The position numbers and the translations under genes were made by a program. Under the pieces are notes generated by a model that saw nothing but the letters and a program-made list of their open reading frames with translations, was not told the DNA's origin and made no database searches. From contig CM082583.2 of the NCBI GenBank assembly GCA_040954595.2, positions 13,120,987-13,184,986 of the forward strand: a stretch of DNA of 64,000 bases, in the 5' to 3' direction. Positions 38,207-51,100 of the stretch are shown one piece after another. The stretch is from Balanoglossus misakiensis (taxonomy: Eukaryota > Animalia > Hemichordata). Position 1 is the first letter of the stretch; every line of letters starts with the position of its first letter.

Positions 38207-41200
38207 GCCACTGATTGTTTCAGATTCTTACAAAACGTGAAAAGAGAAGGGAACAAAAATTAATACTTGTTCTTGTAGAACAATAATTCAACCATGACCT
38301 TTCTGGGGACAAAAAATTAAAAAATTCTCTTTAAAAAAGCAGCATTCACATTCGGAGAAATTTGATGTAGTCTTAATCATGTGACAGCAATCGTCTAGAA
38401 CGGTGGAAAAGTAACAGCAAATTTGCAAATCCTTTACTGTTCACCTGTTCATTGTCGAATCAGATTGCAGTGGGTATAGCAACCAACCAACCAATCAATC
38501 TAATTGTTTTTCTTTTGTAAAATCTGCTGCAGTCTCGAAATTTTGCCAGAATTTTCAACTTTAATTCCAAGATTTCACAGATAACTAACTTCACTTGCAA
38601 ATGTTGCCAGAATATTGCTTCTATATGTTCTTGTCTGGTGTACAGAAACTTTAAAAAAAATTTAATCTTGTGTGTTTATTTAAATTCTCAGATTTTTATT
38701 GTAATTTAGCGAGTCTTCCAAATGTTTTCAGTGACACAAGGCTTGAGGGTGGTTGCTGTGACAATTGGTTACCACGGCAATTCTTTAAGGATATGAAATA
38801 TCACTGAAGAAAACAATGAAAGTATATTGTGTCAAGAGTGTAACCTTTATTGCTGATCAAACAAAGATTTTAATGTTTTGTTTTGTTTGAAAGGGGGTGG
38901 GCATTAAATGTCTTGTAATCTGACCTTTAACCACTGTGTGTGGTCATGTGACAGACACAGCAATTCTGGTCATCTTACTGAGCAAGCAGTGTTTTTGCTA
39001 AGGTTTGGGAACATTGGTAAATGATTTTGTAACCAAGGCAACACTTCTGTTACCCGTTACTATGACTGCATTGATATACCAGGGGGCAACCCTGGTAACA
39101 TTTACCTGGGCACCATCCTTAACAATAACACTGCTATGGTAAGGTGGCAACTAACACTGTCTGTCGATGAACAGGGGAACATGTGGCTACAAGCTAGCAA
39201 GAATCATGACACTAGCAACATATCCCAGGTGCAAGGAGCTTAGTATGAAGTATTCTCTTGTTTGCAAATAACGAGAATATTGAACACTAATCTCCATGTG
39301 ATCCCGTGACAAAGGCAGTACTGAAAAACTGAAATCCACTTTTTTTAATGCAAGGTTCAACGTCTTTGCATCTGATTATACCACGAATTGGTGGCCAAAC
39401 AGTGTTTCTCCAGATCCTACATGAGCTTACATTCTGGTATCATCTTTGCTGTGACCAGTTTGATTGAAAGCTCCCAAAACAGCCAACCGTCACGGTAGTG
39501 AAATGTCACTGTATAACTCATTTACAAATGTATTTGCATTTTTTCTCGCAACAGTGTACTGTACAACCCCAAATGCCAGGATGTAAGGTCATGAAAAACA
39601 ACCCACTTTTGCTGTTTTTTGACAGACCGTACCTTGCTTTGTTTTCTTTTGTTTTCACAAACTTCATTTGAACAAATTAACATTCTTGCCATCATGGATT
39701 TACAGTTCCACATGCCAACGGTTTTAGTGCTCGAAAAATCCATATCATATACTACACAAAAGTTCTGCTTCAAGCTACATCTCAGTGAAAATAAAGTTGT
39801 GTTCACTTTCAACCACCTTGGTTAAGTCTTGGGGCACACAGTGAATTTCAGTGTACAAGCTATGTAAATTGTAAGTGCTGTTGGCATTATTTAACCCTGA
39901 ATCCAAACTTTTTTTTTTAATTTCTGGACAGCCACAACAAAAAAAATATCAGGAGGATTTTAAAATACAGCAAAATGGGGAAGGAATGATGATACTTGTG
40001 TTGTGAATTTCCAGTTATATGGAGTTATTTGTATTATCCAATGAATTCTTACCTTGTGTGATGGAAGGTTATTTAAAAGAAGAAAAATATAACAAATTCT
40101 CTATTTACAATAGCTATTTTGAAATGCAACCCCCTTTTTTGGTCAGGCTCAACAAATGATTAAGCAAAAATTAAAAAAAACTGTTTTCTCACATATCAGG
40201 TGATTATGAAGCTAGAATGATAGACTGTGGCTGCATCTCACTGTCTGTGCTAGAATGTCCAAGAATTATTTTCTCTCTCTCAAAAAATATTATTTTTTTT
40301 TGCCAAGAGAAGGGCCAGACATGTTTTATTTTTTTTTCAGGAATAATGTAATCAGTTTAGTCTAAATCACTGCTAAAACCCAAGCCATAACATCAAAATG
40401 TATGGTAGAGGATAAGTTATTTACAAGCACCTCAAATATTTTGGGGACAAAAAAATGTGATTAAAATATAAGATGACTGGATTTATGGACCATTGCTATG
40501 GGAACAGACTGTGAATATTTATTAAGTTGTTCTGAAATCAGTTATCAAAGTAGATTTGCTGTGGCTGTGACAGCGCCCCCAAAATTCATACCCATGTACT
40601 TTTGTTTTTATTCTATGCACAAGTTTATGAAAGAATGGGCCCCATGGACAACACGAGATGCGTGGGATTCTGAAATGTACGTGTAATGAATTGCATTTTA
40701 AAATTGGATATGAATTTGAAAAGCACAGTGAAGAGTGTTTTGATTGCCCTTCTGTGCCTACATAAAATTCTGCTCCATAGACCACAGCAAATCTGCATTG
40801 ATAGTTTTGGTGCTCACATTCAAGTACACCCCAGTTTAAGAGTCTTAACATCCCCCTAGTACATTGGAATAAGCTATACTGCAACTCCTATAAGTGTCAC
40901 TCAGTTGTAAGAATCGGGATAGCTGATCTCTCTCTCAAGAGGATCACAAGTTTTAGATTTAGATGTTTTAATTTGCCAATGTACAAACATGACCATTTGC
41001 TTTTTGTTTGTTTTTTTGCTGCATATTTTGTAAAGAGATGATAATGTATTTTGCAGCTCAGAGTCCCAGGGATGGTTATGCACCGCACAATGAAACTACT
41101 GAGATCTGACAGTAGTAGTGTCCATTGACCATTTTTATGTAACTCTTCAAAAAGGATATTTAATTTACTGCTAGCTCGGGAAAGACTCAACAAAAGGCAA

Positions 41201-42875
41201 CTGAAATGTGTGGTGTTCTTTACCTGTGGTGCATTGTGGGAAATTTGTGTGTCCTCTGCTTTACCTCTGGTTTCTTAAATAGACAGTCAGAGTGTTGTCC
41301 CACCCCGCACTCATGATGCAGTGTAGCCATTCAGAATGCCCTCACATCAACTGGGGTTCCTTATAGGCAAATTAAACATCTTACCTTTTATAGTCACCTG
41401 TTGACCAGTTCAGTTATCATTAACGACCTTGTACATGTGGCACAAAAGTGGGCATGGCTGAAATAAGTGCCCATACTCCTGTTTTTACTGAGGCAGTCTA
41501 TCAACAGCACTGAAACCAAATCTTCATTTTGCAATTGCAGTTATGAAAGATTGATACACACACATAACTTTATGCCCTCCCCTAAAATATTCTTTTTATA
41601 GCTGAATCTTTTATTTCCATCATCAATACTAGTGGTTGTGGGATAGTTCCCGACTGACACATGCACAGTGTTATGTTGGTGAGTGTGATTCTATAAACAG
41701 CAATGAAGGGAACATTTAAAGCCAGTAAATTGTATATATATTATGTATATGTATGTATGAAATAATAATTTGCATTGTTATGAATTATTACCAAGATGGG
41801 CGTTGTTACTGTGTAACAAAGTCCATTCTCACAAAAAAGGCAACAATTTGTTTTCCTTGAACATCGTTGGGATGCAGAATGCCCAGAGAAACATAAACAG
41901 ATATTTTGATATCTTAAAATTTAACAAAAAAGTGCCAATGAATCAAAATGTTGATATTTTTGTGTCTTTTATCCCTGCCTGTTTTTGGAATGAAATTGTT
42001 GCCTTTTTACATAGCAGTCTGTTTGCTTGCACAAAGAAAGAGATGTTTATCATCCTACTGGACCCTCTGAATGAGAACAGAGCATTTCGTGTCTGTTTTC
42101 TGATATCCACGAGTCCGTACCATAATTGTCAGGTTTTAGGATATCCACAATGCAATTGGAGCATGGTTGATGTTTGTGATGTGTCTCGGTATGTCATGTG
42201 ACTTTCAGAGCAAATCACATGACTTCTCTGACCGACACCGTTGTCTTCAAAAATGACATGACCTCCTGTTGCTGACACTTTGCAATTTTACAATTTGTTT
42301 TGCCAGAGTGTGGATTTCACACAAGAGTTTTGTTGCCCGAAATCCTTCAACACGACACCAGGACGTGTCTCGGATATGAAATTATTACACTGATATCAAA
42401 TACCATGGATTGCATTTCACAAACGTGGCATGCTGTGCTTACCCCATGATATTGTGCATGTGTACAGTCAGGGAGTTTCTGTAGATCACCCAGTCTGTTG
42501 GCTGGTGATACACTCCAGGCCAACATTGATTTCCATGCATCCACTTTCACTTACTTAGCTATGTTTACCAATTAAAGACTAATTTCAAGTCATCCAGCAT
42601 AATAATCCATAGCCATTCTGTCATTCTTTGTGATAGTTGTGTGTGTGTGTGTGTTAAATCTGCATGCATGAACTTCTTCCAAGAGTTATGGTCTTACTTT
42701 GCGTACATGTCCAAGTTCACACTTGTTTCATTTTTGCCCCCTTTTACTTGAATGTGTCAATGGAATGAACTTTTAAAAGTATCAGGCTGTATGGTTAGGA
42801 GTGCACACGGACAGCAGAAAGGGAAGAAGGACCCCCTGTCTATGAAGGAAACTACTTTTTTCCTTGTGTCTGTAC

Positions 42876-42894
42876 TGAACACCTGAGGGCGCTA
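42876..42894 (+). promoter_or_regulatory. CTCF-like motif downstream of ELL
   Basis: TGAACACCTGAGGGCGCTA versus TGGCCACCAGGGGGCGCTA; it lies where CpG-poor sequence becomes CpG-richer. Confidence 0.5.
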
Positions 42895-45524
42895 ATTCTT
42901 GTCTGCCAACTTCCCTGGGATAAAACAAAAGTATCGAAGAACTGCATCACTGATGACGCCACTGCGTTTTCGAACAAGAATCCATTGTTGCCGACGTTTA
43001 CGGATCACGCACTTTTTAAAAATGCACCCTGGAAAGACTGGAAAAGAGTCTACAGCGTTATTAAATCACGAAGAGCAATTTACAGGGATTGGCAGGATGA
43101 AATTGTGTGAAATATCCTGACAGATTGCATTGGTGTGAGTGCCTTTGTGTGATGGATAGATTTCCCATTATCCAGGATAATCCTTAATTATGCCCCTCCT
43201 TCTCGTATGGCAAATCCCGAGGAAAGAAATCGTTGGTGCATATTGATTTCTCCCTCTCTGTTGCAGCTTGTCATCCTCTTCATCCTCTTCAGCGACGCAT
43301 TGCCGGAGATCCTCGAATGGGTTGATATTTCAGAATCGATACGCAAATACAACGCCTCCAAAAGATGAGAAAACATCTCTAGTTTTGGACTTACGAGGAT
43401 TAGAATACCCATCAGTGTTTCTCTGTGATTTAGGCCAAAAGTAGTACTTTGAATCGATTTTTAACGTCGACGATATCATGCCGTCTCATACGATTTTTAG
43501 TTTCGTGATTATTCGTGCAGGCTACCAGGTGTCCATCCGGCGTACATGTGAACAATCACGAATCGGACGATGTCATCCCGAAACCCCTAGAGAGTCTTCT
43601 ACCAGAGATGACAGATTACATCCAATGCTTATCTTACATTTTCAAAGTGATCAACATGATTGCATGTAGGCTGCGTATTAGAGATTTAATTCGGCAAAGG
43701 TGTCGTTTGTGATTCGGGGCTGAGAGTTCATTTCCATGGTAATTCATCACTCTTGATTCTCGTATATTATAAGCAGACTCGATTTGTCATTCGTTTTTGG
43801 GCCTAGCATCTCTCTATGTCTCTCTATCTGTCTCTATCTCGCCCCCCCCCTTCGGCACGCACGAACACAAATTGCGGAGTGATGAATTGATAAGATTCTT
43901 CACCGAAACGATGCAGAAATGCAGACACTCACTAGCAACAGACCTCTGACTGTCGCGCTCATGTGGCGGTAAAATCGATATCGAAATTGTCGACGAGAAG
44001 TTTACATCATCACGTCTTTTTTGTGATGGCATTGATCAAATCCATGTCTCGCCATAATAAATAGTCTGCAGTGCATTAGAATATTCTACTCATGTCTTTT
44101 TCGTCTAGACATGACTTCAGTTTCCACCGTGTCCTAGTTTGTCCGACGTTGATTTATTCTCCCAATTCAATTCATTATAAACCATTTCACACTTTCATCC
44201 CATCACAGGGCTTGTTGTCATACATTGAACGCACGGCGACAAAATACACATCCCCGTGTTTGTATACCATTTATGGTCTCCCAACGATCACTCTGTGTCA
44301 ATATACATTGGGTAACACCAGTACATATTCTTGTAATGCATTATTCAGCAATTGCCGTCTGTTAGCCTTGTACTTTTGTCGGGGAGGAGGTTGACGCGTA
44401 TATGAAAGTGGCAATCATTTCATCTTTGTAGGGACTCTTCACACTATCCCCGGTAACCACGCGGGTTACCTTTTGTTCGGATATTCGCAGAATTGGAAAA
44501 AAAAAACTATATTATAAATCACACCATAGGAATATCACACCGGGGTTAATGAAATAATCATTATCATTTTAAAAATCAAACGTTTTTGAAAGAGGTGCCA
44601 AGCTACCGAAAATCGCAATACATAAAATACCACATTTTACCGACAAGAACGCTATACTTTATAACCACCTTTCTTCCAAATTGGCCATCTCTCAGTTTCT
44701 TTTCGCTAATCTTTTTATGATTCAAATCCCAACGAACTCATGATATGACTTCATTCCACGCATGTTTAAAGTCACAGACAAAGACAGTTATAATTGGGAG
44801 GAGAGAACACGTGACACACTGTTTCTTTGTTCAAAAATAATAGTTCGGTAATTTCTGACTCTTTTTAGCCAATCTCATGCATTGAAAAAGTAATAATCGA
44901 AATTTACGAAAAAACTACACGTCATCATCAGTTTTTGTTTTTATAACAACGAAATGATTTAATCTGATCTGATATTTCACTCACGTGGCATCCGCGGGGG
45001 CACAATCGCACCGACATCAAAATTGAAGTCAAACACAGAGCGCACGTGGTTTGTGACCGTTTTATGCACCGTGATGTATCGTTTGGGTGATCACAGACGT
45101 GTGATCTGGGAGGAGTCGGGGCACCTCAGCGTCCTTCGAACAACAGATTCAGTTGATATCTCCGGCTCTGCAGTCAAAAATTCCACCATTTATCCTATTA
45201 ACCCGACGAGAAAATTTATCGGCGTCGCTTGCAATATATTAAACGCGCAACATTTACAAAAGAAATTGGCATTTCGATTTAACGTGATAAGATTTGATTT
45301 TTTTTCTGTCGACTAAGCTTCCTCCCTGCATGCATGAATTAAAACGCCGTCAAAAAAATCGGTGGAGTCGTAAACGTGATTTATTGATTTCTCCGAACGA
45401 TATTATGCTATTGAAAGTCGTGGCATGGAATTGAAAACTACTGGAGTGCGTGTAGTGTAAATTAACTCCTATAAGCACGGGTAAGAGTTACTCCACGTGT
45501 GGAATGGGTTACGCCTTTTAGACG

Positions 45525-45606
45525 ATGGCCCTGGGCTTCCTATCTCCCTACCAACGCTGTCTAGTCGTGATTATCGCGTCATTTTTCTCACTTCAGAGTT
45601 TCACGG
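45525..45606 (+). pseudogene. Signal-peptide-like 82-nt exon with inactive donor (G|ATAC), possible decayed paralog of 46851-46932
   Basis: MALGFLSPYQRCLVVIIASFFSLQSFT plus G; same length and phase as the 46851 exon, with 7/27 ungapped identities. Confidence 0.3.
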
Positions 45607-46850
45607 ATACACTTTTGCCTTTGATTTTTTTGTTCCCCTCGGGCTCTACGCCATTTGTGTACAATTTAAAAGGAGTAATAAATTATCAATCTGCAATAAC
45701 CCTTACCGAATATAAAACGCAAACTACATGTACATAAAACGGAGAACAGGCTTTTGTTTTGTGCTCTAAATGTGTAAGCTATTCTACTTCGAAGAGTTGT
45801 TCCTTATATTTCTCGAGGACAGTTTTAAAACCAATACCACAACTATTGTCTGGCAGTACGTCTGCAATTGCCAACTATCTATCCACGTACGTGGTTTGTT
45901 GGTCTGTTTCCCTGGAATGCTTTATTTTTTCCATTTGCTTTCACCCGCTCTATTTCTACTCTCTAAAACACAGACTGGCACAAGATTTAAATTTCTCTGT
46001 GACTGATCACATGATTTATGGCACCCAGCAAAGTACCAAAGCATAATGATAAATCAGTCTCACGCAACACAGCTTCCAGCAAAGAGTTGTGCTCCCACAA
46101 AATTCTGATTATACACGTTTATGTTTTTTTTTGCATGTAGATGACACTGTGGTGGCCTATGCTTTCAGATCCTAAATTTTACTGACATCCATTCCCCATT
46201 TGTATCTTAGTCTGTGTGATTTAAATGGCTATTAAACAGGATTAACGTGGTGTTTAATAGAATCGAGTTTTAATTTCAAAGCAACTAAAAGTATAATTTT
46301 TGTCCTCAATCTTTGCATCTCACGACTACAGACATTGTCTTGAATCACACAGCCTTGGTAAAATTATCATCTTCCATTTAGTTGGTCTTCGCTTCCAGTG
46401 TTCTTTTCAGAATATGTGTGAGCGCCATCTACGTATGGTGTACAGTAACTGCTTCATCGATCAGCATGGATAATCAATGCGAAGTTGTTTATAAAAAGTT
46501 AAAATGTAAAGATATAGTTCCCTGATAGATGTGTATATCGCAGTTTGGTTGCCTTCAAACATTTTGCGTTTTGTTTGCGCGTTATCAATTTTTAGTAATC
46601 GAAAAAAGACACCAAATTTTGCCAGGATCTTTTTAAAGCTTCTAGCTGGGATGCAGCTGGGATGTAAATAAGCTTATAAGACTGTCACGTGATAGCAGGC
46701 TTCACACATGGCGCTGTATGTTGACAGTGTCTATCAGAGACTGACTGGTCGTTGAGAAGGGGACACCGTCGACGTTGTGCTTCAACCAGTGATAGAGAAT
46801 GGATTGGTGACCTCTTCTTGTACCTGGCTACTCTCATGTAGGCTTCGAAG

Positions 46851-46932
46851 ATGGCTTTCGCCGGGCTAAGTGCAGTAATTCGTGTGGGCCTGGTGCTTGG
46901 CTTGCTGAACGTTTTCGAACTCTGTTTCTCAG
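46851..46932 (+). CDS. Candidate signal-peptide first exon (MAFAGLSAVIRVGLVLGLLNVFELCFS); may splice to 46998..47035 to give a 39-aa ORF
   Basis: Good start context (AAG-ATG-G), hydrophobic core, phase-1 donor CAG|GTACGG, and a strong acceptor TTTCCTGTCGTTTACAG after a 65-nt intron. Confidence 0.45.
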
Positions 46933-47320
46933 GTACGGTAGCCAAATTTTGTTTTCTTTTTGGCTCTGTGTGAACTGTAGTTTCCTGTCGTTTACAGTGG
47001 CAGAAATATTGCCACTGATGTACTACACGAACTGATAGGGTAAATTACACACTAAAGTTAACGTTCATTTAACATTTCTGACAAACGAACAATGTTTGTG
47101 CCACCGGGCATTCACCCAGTCCGTGCAATTTTTCACGGATTTACACCACCGCCCTTATCAGTTGCAGACGACCTTTTGCAAATCTAGCAGCCGACTATTT
47201 TTGACTCGTTCGAGTGAAGTTTGTATGGCGTTCCTCAACCCGGGCACTCTTGAATACTACTGCCATTATTTCGCCAACCTTCCTAGTCTGTGGTTTTGTC
47301 TTGTGTTCGTCTGGTGTTAG

Positions 47321-48140
47321 GTTTCTTCCTACGCGTTCACTGTCTGAGTAGCGTGTTTGATAAAATAGCCGTGGACAGGAACAGCGTTGTGCGCTGAGCA
47401 CGGACGCTGGGCAGCCACGTCCCACACACGAGGGACGTTCTCGGCACTCTTCGGGTGTCTTCAACTCAAGCAAACCGCACGGTCGCGTCGCATACCGTCA
47501 CTCGCCGCCGTGAATTAAATTTTTACCGTCTCTGAAAACTCGGGCAAGTACAGTCGTCAATCCTCAGTCTGTCCTCGAAAGAAACTGCTCAGACAAATTC
47601 TCGTTTGTAACCAGAGAATACGAATAATTAAAGAGAGAGATTTCTCCAAAAATAGTAAAAGTGTGTTCTTTCTTTCTCTTTTCACTAAGGTGAAAGATGC
47701 GCGGTTGTCGGATGTCTAGATTTTGTCGCATAAAAGTGAAGAAAAGCATTTAAAAACTTAATCAGCGTTCAGTAATTTTTTTTTGAAATGGACATTGAAA
47801 TTAACATGACGAGCGCATTACATGTATAATGGCCGGACGCGCAAGCAAAGTGATTAGATGCGCGCATGGAGATGGACTCGAAGTCGTCTGTGGTGATGCG
47901 AATCTTCCAGCAGTGATGACGGCTGACTATCAATGCTGATGATTAGATGCAGACGTACGCGTAAAAACCCTGCAGCTATCGGGGCCCAGAGTTTGTGACC
48001 CAGCATTTTAACTTGATACACGACACCAATTTAGCCGTGCTGGCTGTGTTAGAGTTGCGACCCAACAGCATTATATTTTATGCATGAAAAGGCAAATATG
48101 TCACAAGGTGAACGCAGTCGCGCTAGTCGGTGACATCCAT
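47321..48140 (+). promoter_or_regulatory. CpG-rich promoter or non-coding 5' exon region of an unidentified large gene
   Basis: High CpG density followed by a switch to CpG-poor intron-like sequence to the end of the window; possible acceptor at 47320 and GC-type donor (GGCAAGT) near 47545. Strand is inferred. Confidence 0.4.
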
Positions 48141-51100
48141 GAAATTTTAAAAGTGACCATTGTGAAACCGTTTTTCAGGTTGTAAAGCAATATTACTACT
48201 GACAGCTCAGAGAAGAGTTTCTTCCAAGTATAAAAGGCCTATAATTGTTTGTTTTACACTGATGGAGGTTAGAAGTTTCTCAAAAATGTTTATTTTTTTT
48301 TAGCCTGGGTAATTTTCTACAGACACAGGCAAGAGATGTATCAAATTTTTGGGTTTAGCTTAGGTAAGCCTGTTATAGTTTATTCAGCAAAGTGAACGAA
48401 AGATGTCACGGGTGGAAAAAAAGCAATAAAGGTAATAAATTGTAAATGAAATGGGTGGCAGTGATCCATATAGTGACTGGGTCTTTATAACTGTTAACCT
48501 GTCCCTCCCAGGTACATGCATGACTGTAACAGCATTGGGGGGGGGGGGGGGTCCAACTTTATTTAACATTTTCAACCCCATTTTGATGCACTCTACCTTA
48601 TTAAATGCAATGTACATATACCCCCCTAAACTGTATTTTGTATCAGTCGTATTGCACCTTAGCAGTAGGAGCATAGCCACAAAATTATTTCTTCATCTTA
48701 CGTTTTCATGTGGAGGTCAGAAACGCCTTGGTGTGATGGAACAGTCTAATGTATAGAAATCTATTTGTAGAGGCCAGTATTGACACAGCACTTACTGCAC
48801 ATTGTAATAAAAGCCTTCTTTTGTGTAGCCTTCACTTTGCAACTGTCAAGTATTAGAGATATCATTATTAACATCCTTCCCATATCACAAGTCTCGAAAA
48901 AAATGAACTCTTTTTGAGATAACTTTTATTTCAACCGCGGACACTCATTGTTATTCTGTTTTATTAATCTCAAAGCTATATTCATCTGTGTCTTTAGTCT
49001 GTTTTATTGGATTTTGATCACAGCTCAAACCAGCGACAGAGGTCAGCATTGTTGCTGCCAGATGTACCATCAATTTCATGCATTTGTGGGAATTATTCTG
49101 CTTTTTGTCTTTCGCAAATTTTTGATCCACTTTGATGAAACTCGAGTAAATTATTCAAATTGTGAGAGCAAATAGGTAGATAAGACAGTTTCATTTATTT
49201 ATAATTGTGTAGCTCACTCAGAATGTGTGTCTTTTGGGCATCTCCAAAGGCTTTTTTGGATACCATTAATGCTGTTCTTATAAGCCTAGAAGGTCATGTT
49301 TGTTTTCTTGGAAAGATTTAAAGTTTTATTGGGGAAGAGTTATAGCAAACATAACAGGTATTAGCTTTCACAGTTATAACAGTGGGGCTGGTTTTGTTCT
49401 CTCTCCTCTTGAGGCCCTGAAATCTGCATAATTCTATCGAGAACAAAGTCATCTTTGTATTTTTTTTCCAGCAGTGCTACTGAAGTGTGAGATTTTGCCT
49501 TCTGCTTGCCCTGCCCTCTTTTGAACATGTTTCGTATTTTTTGTCTGAAATGTAAATGTTTCAGTATGTTGAAAGACTCAGGGATGGGGGTCAAGAAATT
49601 ATATTTCACTGTTTGCGCACTTGTGTGGAAGGTGGACACGTGGCCATGAAAGAGAACCGAAACAAAGGCACTACAGTCGGGTTGTCCGACTTGTGTAAAC
49701 ATTGATGAATGGGAATAATGAGAGAATGGGCACTGATAAGGGAATCACAATCCATGAGGTTTTATTAAAACAGAAGAAAAAAGTTGACTGGAAATAGATT
49801 TTTGAATTATTATATTAAAATTAAGTTCAGAGCCACTGATCGGACCAGAAATTGTGATAACATGATGTAATATGACACATTCCCGTCAGCTGTTTGCATG
49901 GCCTTTACAGTAATTTTTCTTCCGATGGTGGGAAGAACTCGAAAATGTAATCACTGTGTTCAGACTCAAAGAAGAAATAGCCTAAGGTGAAACGATGTGT
50001 AGTGAAGCTCGTCTTCATGGTGTAATTATCAGCCGAATGATCTGAGGTGCATCTCAATGGCAACTAAAACAGACTTCCTTCCAATATATTACGTACCTTT
50101 GACTACTGTTGAATTTTATGAATTTGGAAACTGAAATGTACTGTAAGTAATGCCATTATGACAGATAATATTGTCTTAAGGAGGTTTCCAATTGCGTATT
50201 GGAAATTTCATTGTGTCTCAGATGATGGTGATGTAATTTGTGAGCTATCCCAGAATGCACATGGAGTGCAAAGCAGAGTCTCAACTTTTAAATCCCAGCA
50301 GGTAACTTTTGGTTTGAATAATACAAGATACAAGGTTTGCCGGACAGATTTGGTTGCAGGGTATAGTTCTTAAATCAAAAACTCATTGAAAATTTATTAA
50401 ATCCCAAAATCCGATATTTTAGTGTTTAATAATTCAGAACTCCAACAGATGTACAATATGTCTTTGCGGGAGGATATTTGTTGCCACTGTCTAGCCAGTC
50501 ACGTCGTCTTTTCAGAGGGATTTTTCTCTTGAAAGATGTCTCGATAATGCACCTATCTGAGATTGGCACTGATTTCTGTACCTGTATACCTTGGAGAGAT
50601 TCTGGGTCCCAGATCTACTCAACAAGACTCGTATCAAATTTCACTGAATGCAATGAAATTTGGAAGAGATCATGGCGTGTTAACAATAGCCGGCTGAATA
50701 ATGTGCCAGCATTTTGCATATTTCTTTTTTTTTCTGGTATTTCGCATAAATCAGATCAAGATATGATCCCAAATGACAACTGAACAACTCCACTTGATTG
50801 CACTTACCAAACATGTGCATATGGCAGTGATTACATCAGAATTTGAGATCAAATTATGTTCGTCAACAGATATGTTTTTAGCAGAAAGATTTTTTCCAAA
50901 TTGCCTATTGCAACTTTCCTATATTTGTTTTTGATTTATATGAATGTGGACTTTTCCCATTTATTCATAGCTAATAATATCACTCTGTCTACTCCTTTGA
51001 TATTTGTTTTTTCTGACTCGCAATATTTCCTAATAAATCCAATTTTCTATATTCTGTTCTACTTCAAAGATTTTACCGACAACAGGGAGCTAGTGTTTTT

